Counted from the first letter of the stretch, positions 1-13,679 are shown. The stretch: 64,000 nt of DNA from Flaccisagitta enflata (GCA_965153355.1 OZ231126.1:42904001-42968000), one strand, 5' to 3'. A program made the numbers and translations. The notes: generated by a model from the sequence alone, not told the origin.

Positions 1-239
1 TGGTCGTGTATCCGGCTTTGTTTTCATCAAAACAGAGGAGCCATAGAGGCCGGCCAGAATATAGGGTTCACGTGCAATGTTAGATCGATTTAGCTTCTTA
101 CGATGTCTATGGTGTCTCTTTCATAACATACGGTTATTTTTCTATTGGCTAAGGTGGGATTATACTGTTCTTGTCTGCAACCGGATATCGGGTAAAGTAA
201 GTCGTCAAAAGGAATGAGGTTTTTCACTGAGATGACCTA

Positions 240-748
240 CAGTAGATGTCGTCTAGACTTGGAAATACGGGGGCCCTCATATCCTAACTACCATTTGCGC
301 CAATGAAATGAAACTGTGTCTGTATAATGCTTATGTCCTATAGGGTTGACGATGAGGTATGGCAGCTCTGGGGATAGAAAATTCTTTTGAATATACTGAA
401 ACAAATTTGCTTTGCTCAAACAGCTGCCAGAATTGGTCTTGTGGTTAACTCACTTGACTTCAAATCCCTCTGGATTAATTTCTTTCTTTAGAAGTTCCGG
501 GTTCGAATCCCGGGCTGGTTTTGCAATTAAAGCAAATAGATGAAGCTGAAATTCTGCCATAAAAGTGATTGATCCTAATATTTTATACTAAAAGTTTTTT
601 TTGTAAGGTAAGCCGTAGGGGGATGCCATACCGCATTATCAACACCTTAGGGTCTATACATTACACTAGCAAAATATCAGTCCCCTCACTGTACTGATGC
701 TGAGGTTATGAGCTCCCCCGTATTTCCAAGTCTAGACGACATCTACTG
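240..748. mobile_element. Tc1/mariner-type MITE (foldback)
   Basis: Perfect 34-bp TIRs CAGTAGATGTCGTCTAGACTTGGAAATACGGGGG; TA on both sides (238-239, 749-750); further imperfect inverted match ~341-365 vs ~623-650; no ORF. Confidence 0.9.
428..518 (+). other. Degenerate tRNA-like / SINE-head sequence inside the MITE
   Basis: A-box-like TGGTCTTGTGGTTAA (434-448), anticodon-arm-like GACTTCAAATC, and T-arm/B-box CCGGGTTCGAATCCCGG (497-513); spacer too long and AT-rich for a clean cloverleaf. Confidence 0.5.
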
Positions 749-772
749 TATCACAATCCGAAAGAATGGAGG

Positions 773-1015
773 AAAAGGCCGGACACACATGTCGCGTGTG
801 GGTAGGCAGGGGAAGTAGCAGAATTGGTCAAAAAATCATTTGGGCAGGGGCAGTGAAGCAACAAATCGTGAATGTTATTCTTCTGAGTACTGGCAGATGG
901 ACCGGCAGACCGACATACCGACATACCGACCGAGAGACCGAGAGACCGAAATACCGATCGACCGAAATACCGATCGACACAGCGGGCTAAAGAATCGCGC
1001 GCTTGCAACAAAAAA
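773..1015 (-). mobile_element. HINE-like element, family A, degenerate
   Basis: AAGGCCGGACACAC..GTCGCGTG end, ACCGAC-type repeats, decayed palindrome plus A-run at the other end; matches better copies elsewhere in the window. Confidence 0.6.
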
Positions 1016-1105
1016 TAGTCCAAGCCCGTATAATATGGACATGGCCGTTATCGAGCTCCGATAACTGTAAGACTCAGTGGATGGAGCCAGTAGTGAAAAG
1101 TCCTT

Positions 1106-1448
1106 AACAAGCCCGACCGGGCAAAGATGCGTCCGGACTGTGTCTCTGCGTGTATTGTTATTGATCATGTGACATATATGGAGAGACAGATGGACGAACA
1201 GACGGCTGAAACGACTGAGTAGTAGGGCAGGCTCTCAAAACACGTTGGTTGATCATTTGTTTCAGTATAGGATCTCACTGTGGCCAAAAACAGCCGAGAA
1301 ACGCGGTTTACGCACAGGCGTAACGGACCGACCGACGGACGGACGGACCGACGGACGGACGGACCGACGGACGGACGGACCGACGGACGGACCGACGGAC
1401 GGACAGACCCTCTTATAGAGATGCGTTCCTGACGGACGCATCTAAAAA
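1106..1448 (-). mobile_element. HINE-like element, family C
   Basis: Minus strand: TTTTTAGATGCGTCC..CGCATCTCTATAAGAGGG, (GTCC/GTCG)n, 3' GGACGCATCT + hairpin GCCCG-GT-CGGGC + TTGTT; close copy at 47500-47817. Confidence 0.85.
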
Positions 1449-1998
1449 GAAGGCGCCTCGTCATCATGGCAAATTAAGTCTAAGCAACGGTAACAGCGTA
1501 ATTTGCGACAATACCAACAACATAATGCGCCTTTTGCGAAAGTGTTGATATTAATGGCAGAAATGAGTATCAAATGGAAAGGGGGGCAAGTGCCGGGCAA
1601 CGACAATTTATTAGCGGTTGTGGCTGCGGCAATGGCGACGGTGGCGGTGGTGTTGGTGATGGTGGTGAATCACCACTGGTGATGGTGATGGTGAAGGCGA
1701 TAGTGGTAATGGTGGTGGCGGAGGCGGTTGCGGTGGCGTTGATGGTGATGTTGATGGCGGCGGTGGCGGTCGCGGCAGTCCAGGAGGTGGTGGTTCTGCT
1801 GCTTTCTTTGCTTATTATTTGCCTCTTAGTAAAAGAGATTCCTTGGATTTTCCCACTGAAAGCTTTGAAGCGATGAGAAGGGATTACAAGGGGGAGAAGG
1901 AGGAGGGGGAAAGGAGGAGGAGAAGAAGGAGGAGGAGAGGGAGGAGGAAGAATGGTAGAAGAGGTGTGGAGAAGAAAGGACGCTGGATAATAAGGAGA

Positions 1999-2127
1999 AA
2001 CAAGGCCGTATACTATACACTCCCCCCCCCCAGTCGTGGACGGGTGGGAAGGAGCAGGAAACAGAAATATGACGTGACCGACCGACCGACATGGCAGGTT
2101 CTAGAGTCGCATGTTCGCGACTAAAAA
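1999..2127 (-). mobile_element. HINE-like element, family A, short copy
   Basis: AACAAGGCC..CAGTCGTGG end, (GACC)n, TAGAGTCGCATGTTCGCGACTAAAAA end. Confidence 0.7.
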
Positions 2128-2146
2128 GAACAAAATGAAAAGAACA

Positions 2147-2147
2147 T

Positions 2148-2223
<76 letters not shown>

Positions 2224-2225
2224 GC

Positions 2226-2283
<58 letters not shown>
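2147..2283. repeat. (AAC)n microsatellite
   Basis: Direct reading; other (AAC/GTT)n runs at ~19619-19775, 20701-20781, 38022-38127, 48339-48443. Confidence 0.95.
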
Positions 2284-2446
2284 TCATCATAGGAGAGAAG
2301 GCGAGAAAACAGCGGAAGAGATCAAAGCAATATCGCGATAGCAGGCAATGGACACGAGGATTAGAAAAAAAAACCTGACACGCGACAAAATAAGTTACGT
2401 ATGGTTGGGCTGATGCAGCTACGTACGTAGGGGAATGAAACAAACG

Positions 2447-2801
2447 TTTTTAGTCGCGTGCTACGCGACTCTACACCCCGCTTTGTCGGTCCGTCGGTCA
2501 GTCGGTTGGTCGGTCGGTCGGTCGGTCGGTCGGTCCCCTTTTTACTTTTTGGGCGTTTTTAAGCTTTTTGGGCTAACAGCTCCTTCTCAAATGCCCTTAT
2601 AAGTCATTCTAAGTCATTTTAAGTCATTTTAAGTCATATTAAGTCACATTAAGTCACCAAAGTCAATAAGGTCAATATGGTCGTTAAAGTCATTTTAAGT
2701 CATTTTGAGTCATTTTAGGTCACCTTGAGTCATTTAAACTCAATTCAAGTCATCTTAAGCATATAATGTCCTGCATGCGACTTATAGGTGTTGGCCTTGT
2801 T
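2447..2801 (+). mobile_element. HINE-like element, family A, with 10-bp AAGTCATTTT array
   Basis: TTTTTAGTCGCGTGCTACGCGACTCTA start, (GGTC)n, decayed 10-bp array, end GCATGCGACTTATAGGTGTTGGCCTTGTT. Confidence 0.85.
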
Positions 2802-3210
2802 TCTTAGTGGGCTATGAAACATATGTTGATATGAGACAGACTCCCTCGACAAATTAAGGTCAATAGCTCAATTTGTTCCTTTGATGGTTTAAAGGTACTT
2901 CTGAGGTGAAATGAGAATGGTCATCTTGAATTACAGGTGATTATCAAAGGGAAAATTAGCTTAAGGATAGGATAAAAAAATTACAAAGATTATACTTGAG
3001 AAGGGCCCAATGATGAGGTCAAAAAAAGTAGGAGGCTATCAAGAAGGATGAGGAGCTGTTGAGGAATGAACGGAACAGTGAAAATAAGAATAGAAAAAAG
3101 GGTCAAAAAATCAAAATGTAAAGAACGAAAGACGAGAAAAAAACAAAGAAAGAATTTAGATAAGAAAGAATGAAAGAAAGAAAGAAAGATAGACAGAAAG
3201 AAAAAAAGAT

Positions 3211-3288
<78 letters not shown>

Positions 3289-3580
3289 GAGGGGGAAAAA
3301 AGAAAAACGGAAAGCAAGAAATAAGGAAAGCAAGAAAGTGAAACAGAAAGAGAAGATAAAAATTATAAAAAAGCAGAAAACAGGCAGAGAAAAGAAAAGG
3401 AAACAGAAGGAAATGAGTAGCGGTATAAAGGCAAAAGAAAAAAAAAAGAAAAAAAGGGAGAGAGAAAAAAAAACAGGTAAAAAAAAGATGAATGAGTAAC
3501 ATGTACGAGATGGAAAAGGGCAGGGGGAAGGCAAGGAAACAGGGCAGAAAGAAAAAGATTCCTAGAAAGTGTGTTTGTGC

Positions 3581-3681
<101 letters not shown>

Positions 3682-3870
3682 GAATGATCGGTGCGGAATT
3701 CTCATGGGACAGCTGAAGAGAGAAGTTGAGAGACGAGGAGAAAACGAGGCAAAAGGAAAGTGACAACTGGCGAGAATGGATAAGGAAAAGCAAAGGGAGG
3801 ATAAAGGAAGGATGGGAACAAAGAAAATGGAGACAAGAGCAAAGGGAAGGAGACGGAGAGGGAGGAGGAG

Positions 3871-4064
3871 AACAAGGCCGGATACACGGCCATCAGTTGC
3901 GGTCGGTTGGGCAGGGGCGGAAATGCGCGTTTTAACACTTTCCAACTCGATCATTACGGACCGACGGACCAACGGACCAACGGACCAACGGACCAACGGA
4001 CCAACGGACCAACGGACAAAGCCTCTTATAGCCTCTTATAGAGTTGCGTGTCCGCAACTAAAAA
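3871..4064 (-). mobile_element. HINE-like element, family A (AGTTGCG variant)
   Basis: Minus strand: TTTTTAGTTGCGGACACGCAACTCTATAAGAGG, (CGGACCAA)n, 3' CCGCAACT + hairpin GGCC-GTGTATCC-GGCC + TTGTT. Confidence 0.85.
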
Positions 4065-4171
4065 TGGGTTGTGGAATAAAATCAGCTTACATAAGAATTT
4101 AAACTGCTAACTATCAATATGGAGTTGGGCGGGTGGACGGATGGGCAGGAGCATTCAACACCATCCCACTT

Positions 4172-4222
<51 letters not shown>

Positions 4223-4348
4223 TTTTCATCTAGAACCTGTTGCTCATGTCGATGTTGCGCTCAAGTGATCACGAATTACTGGTTTACGAACTGAGTTGGG
4301 CACAGCAACCAAATGAGGAACACAAATGTTAACCACGGACCTCCTGCC

Positions 4349-4655
4349 CTTTTTTGGGCAGATGCTCAGAAGGTCGATGATCTATGCTTCCATATGTATC
4401 AAAGTTTCTCCTTCTCATCCCATTACGTCCTCTTTTCAGTCAAAGCCCACTTTCCAGCCTTGAGGCTAAAACCCAAGCTTAGAGGCCTCAGTCTCAGTTT
4501 CAAGGCCTCAATTCCAGCTTCAAGGCGCCAATACCAGCCTCAGGACCATCCTCCAGGCTCAGACCCCAGCCCAAAGTTTTAAATCTCACCCTAATAACTA
4601 GTCGGGAGTAACTGCCTAGATTTCAGTCTCACAGCTCAAATTCCAGTCTCAAGGT
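4349..4655 (+). mobile_element. HINE-like element, family B, degenerate 5' part
   Basis: TTTTTGGGCAG..GGTCGATGATCTATGCTT start followed by decayed CCAGCCTCAAGGC 20-bp units. Confidence 0.5.
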
Positions 4656-4693
4656 GCGCGGGGGCGCGTGGGTGTGGGCCTGACACTGAGTAG

Positions 4694-5791
4694 TAGCCCA
4701 CTATGAAAACACGCTTTATCATAGAAAAGTTCTCTATCGAAGAGATATGACTCAAAATCATAAAAATAGATGGTCCATAACAAAAATTTGACCATGGGTC
4801 TTCTATAAAGTGTGCCCGCCACCACCCCCATATCCCTTAGGAGAGGTACAGAAGGATTTTTGTCCTACCTTTTATAATGGGAAATGGGGTAAGTGGCGGG
4901 CACACTTTATAGAAGCCCTATGACCAAATTTTTGTCATGAACCATCCATTTTTATGATTTTGCGTCATATCTCTTGATAGAGAACACTATGAATAGTCGC
5001 AAAAGCGTTAGATGGTCAGCGGTACCCGTTGCCCCTATGTGAGTGTATGTGGGTGTGAGGTGGTTAGTGGGGCAGCGGCCCCGAAGGGGCCAATGACCTA
5101 TGCTGATTCTATTTGAGCCTTAAGGCTAGGATTAGGGCCTGGAGGCTGAGATTTGAGCCTGGAGGCTGGGATTTGAGCCTCAAGGCTCGGATTTGAGATT
5201 TGAGGCTGGGATTTGAGCCTCAAGACAAGGATTTGAGCCTTGAGGCTGGGATTTGAGCATCGAACCTGGGATTTGAGCCTCAAGGCTGGGATTGGAGCCT
5301 GGAGGCTGGGATTTAAGCCTCGACGCTGGGATTTGAGCCTTGAAGCTGGGATTTGAGCTTCGCGGCTTGGACTTGAGCTTGGAGGTGGGGATTTGAGCTT
5401 GCAGGCTAGGATTTGAGCTTCAGGGCTGGGATTTGAGCTTGGAGGCTGGGATTTGAGCCTGGAGGCCAGGATTAGAGCTTCGAGGCTGGGATATGAGTCT
5501 CAAGGCTGGGATTTGATCCTGGAGGCCAGGATAAGAGCTTCGAGGCTGGGATTTGAGCCTCGAGGCTAGGATTTGAGCCTGGAGGCCAGGATTAGAGCTT
5601 CGAGGCTGGGATTTGAGCCTCAAGTCTGGGATTTGAGCCTGGAGGCTAGGATTTGAGCCTCAGGGCGGGGGGGGGGTACGGACGGAGAAGAAGGAGGAGA
5701 AGGAGAAGGAGAAATTTCTCCATGTGTGAAAGCATAGGTCATCGGCCCCTTCGGGGCCGCTGCCCAAAAAGCGTGTTTTCATAGTGGGCTA
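4694..5791. mobile_element. Foldback MITE with 8-bp TSD (hAT-like), interrupted by a family B element
   Basis: TIR TAGCCCACTATGAAAACACGCTTT at both ends; CTGAGTAG duplicated at 4686-4693 and 5792-5799; long imperfect inverted arms ~4694-4830 vs ~4886-4991 plus 5768-5791. Confidence 0.85.
4992..5770 (-). mobile_element. HINE-like element, family B1, with ~27 copies of a 20-bp unit
   Basis: Minus strand: TTTTTGGGCAGCGGCCCCGAAGGGG start, inverted copy of it at ~5071-5104, (GGAGGCTGGGATTTGAGCCT)n at ~5112-5662, 3' CCGCTGACCA + hairpin CGC-TTTT-GCG + ACTATT. Confidence 0.85.
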
Positions 5792-5959
5792 CTGAGTAGC
5801 ATGCTTTCTGTCGGCCTGGTTGGTTGAGGTTGTTTGTTGGGGTATTTGCGCTTGTAGATGGGGTTTTGTTTGTACCTTTGAGGTTTCCTTGATGTCATTA
5901 CTCATTCGCCATGGAATATATACGTGCTCTAAAATTCACCGCCATGAGTCCCCCTAAAT

Positions 5960-6064
5960 CATAGGTCATTGGCCCCATCTGTGTTGCTGCCCCTCTGGGC
6001 ATCTCATCTTTACCTGCGCTTATAGGCATCGGGTAGCGCTGACCATCTAACGCTATTGCGACCA
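5960..6064 (+). mobile_element. Family B 3' fragment
   Basis: CATAGGTCATTGGCCCC..GCGCTGACCATCTAACGCTATTGCGAC matches the family B1 3' end. Confidence 0.6.
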
Positions 6065-6115
6065 ACTCCTTACCATACTTTGGTCTGTCTTTCTGTCTAT
6101 CTGTCTGTATTTCTA

Positions 6116-6209
<94 letters not shown>

Positions 6210-7359
6210 ACTCAACGATGCGATAAGCTGCGTAGGCTTTCTTCCCATACTCAGAGTAGCAACAGCGCAAATAGGGTAACAGAAAAAGAGTGCTGTTTGA
6301 CATAGATAGAGAGGGAGCGAGAGAGAGAGAGAGAAATGGGAAGGGGAAAGAGGTTTCGAATAAAAGACGATCAATCCAGGGCAAAGCGGCAACAATGATG
6401 GCGTAAATCTCTTTGCTTCAATCACGTGATCTGTCACTTTTTGAAACACGTTTCCCTAAGTTACTGTGAGATGTTACAGGCACCCCTACCAAACTACCAC
6501 GCGACTGTGGGTACATCAGCGCACATATTCGGTCTTTTTCGTGTCATCTGAGGAACTCAACCTCAACGTCAAGTCATGATGAAAACCTTGACAGCATCAG
6601 TGTGTATTCTCCGCGTAAATTATCAACAGAGGGAGATGCTTGATGCTTGATTTTGCGTGCGCACAAATCGGCGCCATTTCTTGCGCACCCAACCGTCCTC
6701 CTCCATCATCATTTACACGCGATCCACACTCGATGCGCATGTGTGATATCAAAGAGAACTTCAATTGCGCGCACACACGGGTGCGGGTTGAACTACCTCG
6801 GGTAAGACTTCTTCCCCCTAATGATCGCTGTCCAAACAAAAGGCTTGGGGCATTTGCATAAGATTGAGACCTGCAATCTCATCCTTTGTCTCGATCTCTG
6901 CTTTCGTCTTTCACTCTTCGTCTTTGCTTGTTTGTTTGTTTGTTTGTTTGTTTGTTTGTTTGTTTGTTTGTTTGTTTGTTTGTTTGTTTGTTTGTTTGTT
7001 TGTTTGTTTGTTTGTTCGTCTATTTCTTACCTGCTGTTTGTTTGTTTCTCACTTGCTTGTTTTTTGTTTGGTTTTTTTTTGTTTGGTTTTTTGCCGTCAG
7101 TTTATTTGCAATTTGCAATCGTTTGCAGTTTTCATTCAGTTTATACGTTTGTTGGTTCGATTGTTCGTTTGATCGATTGTTCTATTATTCGTGTGTTCGT
7201 GTGTTCGTTTGTTCGATTGCATCTTTTGTTCGTTTGCTTGTATGTTCATTGGTGCGATTGTTTGTTTGTTCGTTTTTTTCGTTTTTTCGCTTGATCGTAT
7301 GTTCGTTTTTTTCTTTTCGTGTCTTTGGTTGTCTGTCTGTCTGTCTATCTGACTGTCCT

Positions 7360-7418
<59 letters not shown>

Positions 7419-7469
7419 GTCTTTCTATCTGTCTGTCTAACTGACTTTCTCTGTCTATCTACCTGCCTT

Positions 7470-7540
<71 letters not shown>

Positions 7541-7987
7541 GTCTGTCTGTCTGTCTATTTTATTGATTGAATTGATTAGATTGACTGCAACGATAGTGTG
7601 ACCCCGCGTCACTTGTTCTTCTCCTCTTTCATTCTGTTTGTGTTTGCTTTGTTTGTTTTGTTTTGTCTACTTGATAACCCGACCCGAAACATGAGCGTTA
7701 TTCACTATGGCACGAACAATTCTATAACTATAATTTCTTGCCATCGGTAAAAGTGTATGAAATTGAGTTTTTGCTGGAGTTCCAATACATTGGCATATAC
7801 GTTAAAGCGATCTTGTTTCTTCTAGTAAAACTTCTTTAAAAGCCGTTTACTCCATTTTACAAATTTTTTCTCCCTTTTTCTCCAGAATCTAAGAATAGAT
7901 TGCATAAAAGTGATTATCCTCCTCTGCGCCTTTTGTTTCTTTCTTCTCGCGCGTGCAGTTAATGTACAATTCACACGCTATCGCTAT

Positions 7988-8110
<123 letters not shown>

Positions 8111-8253
8111 CAACAAAAATGGTATAATCAAGCACGCGTGCACACGCGCGCGTGCGTGCACATTATTATCATTATTATTCGCGCGTTCCTAAAGAACGTC
8201 TATCGTATGGCTCGTTTGTATTATGGAGGAGAAGAGAGGAGAACAGGGGAGGA

Positions 8254-8333
<80 letters not shown>

Positions 8334-9127
8334 AAGAAAAAGAAAAAGAAAAAGGAGAAGAAAAAAAAGAAAAGATACGATGAACAAGGTAAGCGAACAA
8401 AAAACTAATGAAAAAAGACAGAAAAAATGAAAGAAAGAGAATGGGAATGAAGGTATAGTACGATGGGAGCAATGATGACCTAAACTGGAGGATAGATTCT
8501 AGTTATCTTCATTTCATTTTTATCGTGAAATATTTGAGATTTAGGCTGATTAAAGATTTCTCTATTGAGTGAAAATGTTTGCGTCTCTTAAACTTAAACT
8601 TGCGACTTGGGTATCACCCTCGGTTATCAGTGGAAATACAATGGAGAACTCCACAAATGCGGTTGTTAATTTCTGGTCTTAGGGTCAAATCCGAGTTCCA
8701 TGAACACAATTTTAGTTTTCCTTCACAACATCAAGAATAGCAATTCAGAGTAAATGCAATGTATGAACGCACCAGCAGACTGACTGACCAATGTAATGAC
8801 AAACTACTGAAAAAAAAACTCTCCTAAAAAGTTGTAAAAATGCTATTCAGAGCAAGATTGGGTTTCGCATTGCGTCTTGTTATGTTATAAAATGCTTGAT
8901 TTCTGGAAGCGATATAACCTCACAGACACAGAAGCATTTCATGACGTTTTGTCTTCAAAAAAGCTGCCAGAGATAAATTCTGCTTAAAGAAGGAACTTGT
9001 AACCAAAAAACTACCAAATAAGATAAAAAGACAACCGCAAGGATGGAGTTTTTGCCGTACTTTATTCTATTTCCAATAAAAAGCCAAATTGAGGAGCGTG
9101 GTATAGTGAGGGATGTTGTTCCACCTA

Positions 9128-9408
9128 TCATAATTCATTTTTCAAAGATCTAAACTATCTCAATAGATCGGGTGGAAAATTTTGTATGGTTTTGAAAAAA
9201 AATCAGCTCAATTGGTCCATTTTTACAGGTATGGCCCTTTTAATTTTAACCCAAAAACTAATTTGCATAACTTTTGTTTAATAAATATAGCTGTGAAACC
9301 TGTAAAAATGGTCCGATTGAGCTGATTTTTTTTTTCAAAACTATATGAAATTTTTCGCCTGATCTAATAAAATAGGTTAGAACCTTTAAAGATAAAGTCT
9401 TGATGAGT
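9128..9408. mobile_element. Palindromic (foldback) MITE remnant
   Basis: Inverted arms, e.g. TTTTGAAAAAAAATCAGCTCAATTGGTCCATTTTTACAGGT vs ACCTGTAAAAATGGTCCGATTGAGCTGATTTTTTTTTCAAAA; termini not resolved. Confidence 0.7.
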
Positions 9409-9607
9409 TCAAGTCACAAGTTGAAGTTTAAGAAACGCAAATGTATTTACTCAATCAAGCAACCTTTAATTAACATAGGTGTCAAATATTTCATGATACG
9501 AATAAAATTAAGATACCTAAAATCTATCCTCCAGTCTAGGTCGCCATTGCTGTACTGTATATTATCATTAAGACAGAAAGAATTACAGCAAACAAGGAAA
9601 GATATTA

Positions 9608-9724
<117 letters not shown>

Positions 9725-9925
9725 CCGCACGTGCCCGTCTCATTGGATTATCATTTCCATACGGTGATGGCGGATATCTTTTCCCAACCTCACCGATTGA
9801 AAACGAGTGAATTTCGTCCAGGAAGCCGGAAGTGGGGAAACCGAGGAAACCCGCATTTTTATCGCCGTCTTCCACCATTACAGAAATCATTACTTCCGCT
9901 TCTTGCTCTTCCTCTGCTCTTCCTC

Positions 9926-10108
9926 TTTTCAGGTGCGACAAAGCACCTCTATAACTGGTTCTGTCCGTTGTTCGGTTGGTCGGTCAGTCGGTTGGTCGGT
10001 CGGTTGGTCGGTCGGTCGGTCAGTCGGCTGGTCGGTCGGACGGTCTGTCGGTAACGCATTGGTTCGACGATCCACACGTCGCGCTTTATTGGCCTACTTG
10101 GCCTTGTT
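9926..10108 (+). mobile_element. HINE-like element, family F
   Basis: TTTTCAGGTGCGACAAAGCACCTCTATAAC start, (GGTC)n, 3' GTCGCGCT + hairpin GGCC-TACTT-GGCC + TTGTT; decayed relatives at ~18090-18203 and ~56625-56738. Confidence 0.75.
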
Positions 10109-10508
10109 TTCTTCTTTCCGTTTCCTCCTCTCCCCCATCTTCCGCTTTTTCTTTTTTTTTCTCAGTTCATGGATTTTTCCACTTACTTCTTTCGTGTCAA
10201 ATTCTTTGCTGCGTTACAAAATGCTTCAATATTTTCTTTCTAAATGGAAACGTATAGTAGATCTCGCTCAGGTTGGTAAAACTAAGTATTGGTCAGACAA
10301 GGAACATTTCACTTATAATGAAATATGTCGTTGATAAGTTGTAGCACATATGTGTGGATAACATGCTAGTAGCATGGGTATTCAAACAATTGATAGCTTA
10401 GAAAAACAGTACAGAAAAACAATATTCAGCCTTATCTTAACCAATTGCTACACCTTCCAAACGTCCCACTTCAGGTAAACCAACCGGTATGATCGCCGAC
10501 GTCGCTGT

Positions 10509-10524
10509 CGCCGCTGCCGCCGCC

Positions 10525-10621
<97 letters not shown>
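10509..10621. repeat. (GCC)n trinucleotide repeat
   Basis: Direct reading, few interruptions. Confidence 0.95.
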
Positions 10622-10707
10622 AGGAACAATTCTTTGTTATGCAGATTTCTCGCACTCTTCGAGGTTGAGGACGACATTCAATATTGCGGACACAAAAACG
10701 CAAAATG

Positions 10708-10786
<79 letters not shown>

Positions 10787-12132
10787 TAATCTTCAAAACG
10801 AATCTGAGCGCTCATTACTCCCCGCATAACAGCCAAGACAAAGTATTCACTAAAAAGCCTTACATAAAACAGGAACAATCTTTAAAGCAGTTTAAAAAGA
10901 TATTGGTACCTCTTTCCATGAAAGACCACCGGGACCAGTTTTGTAAAATCCGTTTATTTCCACCTCAAAACTTGAGCCATCATGCCCACGCCTTCCTTTG
11001 ATTAGTGATATTTTCTTTTTCAACAAACACGCCGAGAGACATGGTTAGCGACACATCACCTCCCGCGATCCCGCATCACAATGACATCGTATCAGGGCGT
11101 GAAAGCAACAAAGCAAGTACCCATCACCACCATGCGTTCTCGAGTGCGTGTGACGGTGTTGGATACATAAACGTTAGCACGTTCGCCGCGTCAACGCCAC
11201 ACGGACACTCCCATGACGATATTTTGGACCCACACGTCCGATGATATTATGTGCATGCGCGACTGCGCGTGCATAGTCTCGTTGGGCGCGCGTGTAGATA
11301 ATGAGCAAACGCGCGACAAACGCTCAAATTAAATGCGTGCGAATTTCCCATAGAACACTCCGAGCGGAAAACGGTCGCCGTCATCGTGGATCGCATTGCC
11401 AACCCGGTGATAACTACCGCTTATCTACTGTTATAACCGCTTTCACTTCTATCACAGCTTACACCGCTTACACCGCTTACACCGCTTACACCGCTTACAA
11501 CGCTTTCTTTTCTTCCGTCGCTTCTGCCGTTTTCACCACTGCACTCTAACCTTTATCGCCGCATTCACTTCTATCACAGCCTGAATTTTACCGCCAACAA
11601 AAGATACCACCACTTTTTACCTTGCCACACATGACACATCTACCAACACCTAAAAGCAAGTGCTTTGTTATAGGCACGATGTTGCAGTTTGTGCGTACTT
11701 CCTCCTATCAACCCACCCGGTTCACAAAATCTATGGCATATATGACTGTGCTTTCAGTTGTCCCTCTATGCTGATTCCGCGAAAAGCTGTAAACTTACGT
11801 AGCAAACCAACATCATAGTCTTTTAGGCAAAATTTCTTGCGAAATCCCAAAAGGAATTCAGTTACAGACATGATTTGACACTGCCAAATTGACGGGATCA
11901 ACAACAATACAAGTAACTAATACATCTTTATCGGCGTGTCTGCCCATTGATGTTGAATCTGATTCTAGTAGAATGGTAACGCTGTCAAACTCATGATTGT
12001 TGCAAGCCTCATCGTTTTCCCCAACGCTTGTATCTTGGGAGGTGCTATTTTTAATCAAAGAAAAACAGAAAAGTCATCTTCTAGAAATTGCAGTACCACA
12101 GTTTTTTCGGAATGATTTTTCTTTTCCATTCA

Positions 12133-12326
12133 TTTTTAGTCGCGTGCACGCGACTCTACACCCCGCTTTGTCCGTCCGTCCGTCGGTCGGTCGGTCTGTT
12201 GGTCACACTTTTACTTTTTTTATCAATTTTATTTCTTTAAGACATTTTAAGTCAATTTAGGGTATACTAAGTCATTCTAAGTCAATCTGTAAGTCTCGCA
12301 CGCGACTTATAGGTGTTGGCCTTGTT
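12133..12326 (+). mobile_element. HINE-like element, family A, minimal copy
   Basis: TTTTTAGTCGCGTGCACGCGACTCTA ... CTCGCACGCGACTTATAGGTGTTGGCCTTGTT with only a few 10-bp units. Confidence 0.85.
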
Positions 12327-13070
12327 ATTTCTTTACCATTGTACGTCCTTTTACAAAGCTTCCGGTTGTATCGTTGATAATACTATTCAGACAAACAAAG
12401 TATTGTTATGTTCAATAATGAGAGACGCTCACATTGGGGTCAGGGATCATACGAGTTATTTGCTATCGAGAAAAAAAGATCATATTGCGTGAGTAGGAGG
12501 TCGGATAACTGGAGCTGTACACGTTCGGCAATCCTTAAAGAGAATTACTTCACTTTCACATACTTAACTTGACAATCCCATATTCTTTTTCTATCCCCCT
12601 TGCCCTTGCCCTAACAGTACCTCTTACCCCAACAGATTGCTTGATTTGAAGAAATATTTGTATATAACAAAATTGTTGTTACCTAAAAGTTTCCTTTTTT
12701 CTTGGGGGGGGGGGAGGTGATGGATCTAGAGAGTGTCAGTTCATCTGCTACTTGTTCTCCAGCACATTCATTCGTGCTATTCAGTTTTCCTCAGGCAACT
12801 AGAAGGTTTGTACTGAGTGCAAAAGGAGAGAAAAGGTTCGTCGACAGGCTTCTTGGAAGATTTTTTTTCATATTTTCGTGAGACGATGTTTTGAAATCCT
12901 TCCATATTCGCACCCAAATGTGTTTCGAAAGGAGCGCGATATTGTTCCTGTTATTGTTGGCGTTATTGATATCGGCAACAAAACGCGAAAAATGGCACAA
13001 ATGCCCAAGATTCAGAATGCAACTGTCATCGCAACTCCCAACTTCATAACAAACGAAAGTCCTTCAATGG

Positions 13071-13172
<102 letters not shown>

Positions 13173-13312
13173 TGAGTGTGATGTGTGTGTGAAATGAGAT
13201 GCTACAGTTACAACTCTGTGCATAAAAAGCGTGTAACGCTGTGTAACGCGAAACTAATTTTCCATATACGTATAAGGACAAAAAACAATTTTCGTGGGTA
13301 GAGGTAAAATGG

Positions 13313-13679
<367 letters not shown>

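Noticed and set aside
428..518. Functional tRNA gene
   Set aside because: Promoter-like boxes are present, but there is no convincing acceptor stem, the spacer is over-long, and it lies inside a MITE.
5112..5662. CRISPR-like array (also considered for 24740-25085 and 50134-50790)
   Set aside because: Head-to-tail tandem units with no unique spacers, no cas genes, eukaryotic context.
10437..10796. Poly-Ala/poly-Gly ORF as a transcription-factor exon
   Set aside because: Explained by a (GCC)n repeat next to (AG)n; no recognisable domain or convincing splice context.
11858..12058. 66-aa minus-strand ORF of normal complexity
   Set aside because: No recognisable motif, stops in the continuing frame, no clear splice sites; BLASTX would be needed.
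12796..12836. Possible small plus-strand exon after TTTTCCTCAG (similar case at ~41962-42000)
   Set aside because: Good acceptor but weak donor, and a short uninformative peptide; expected by chance.
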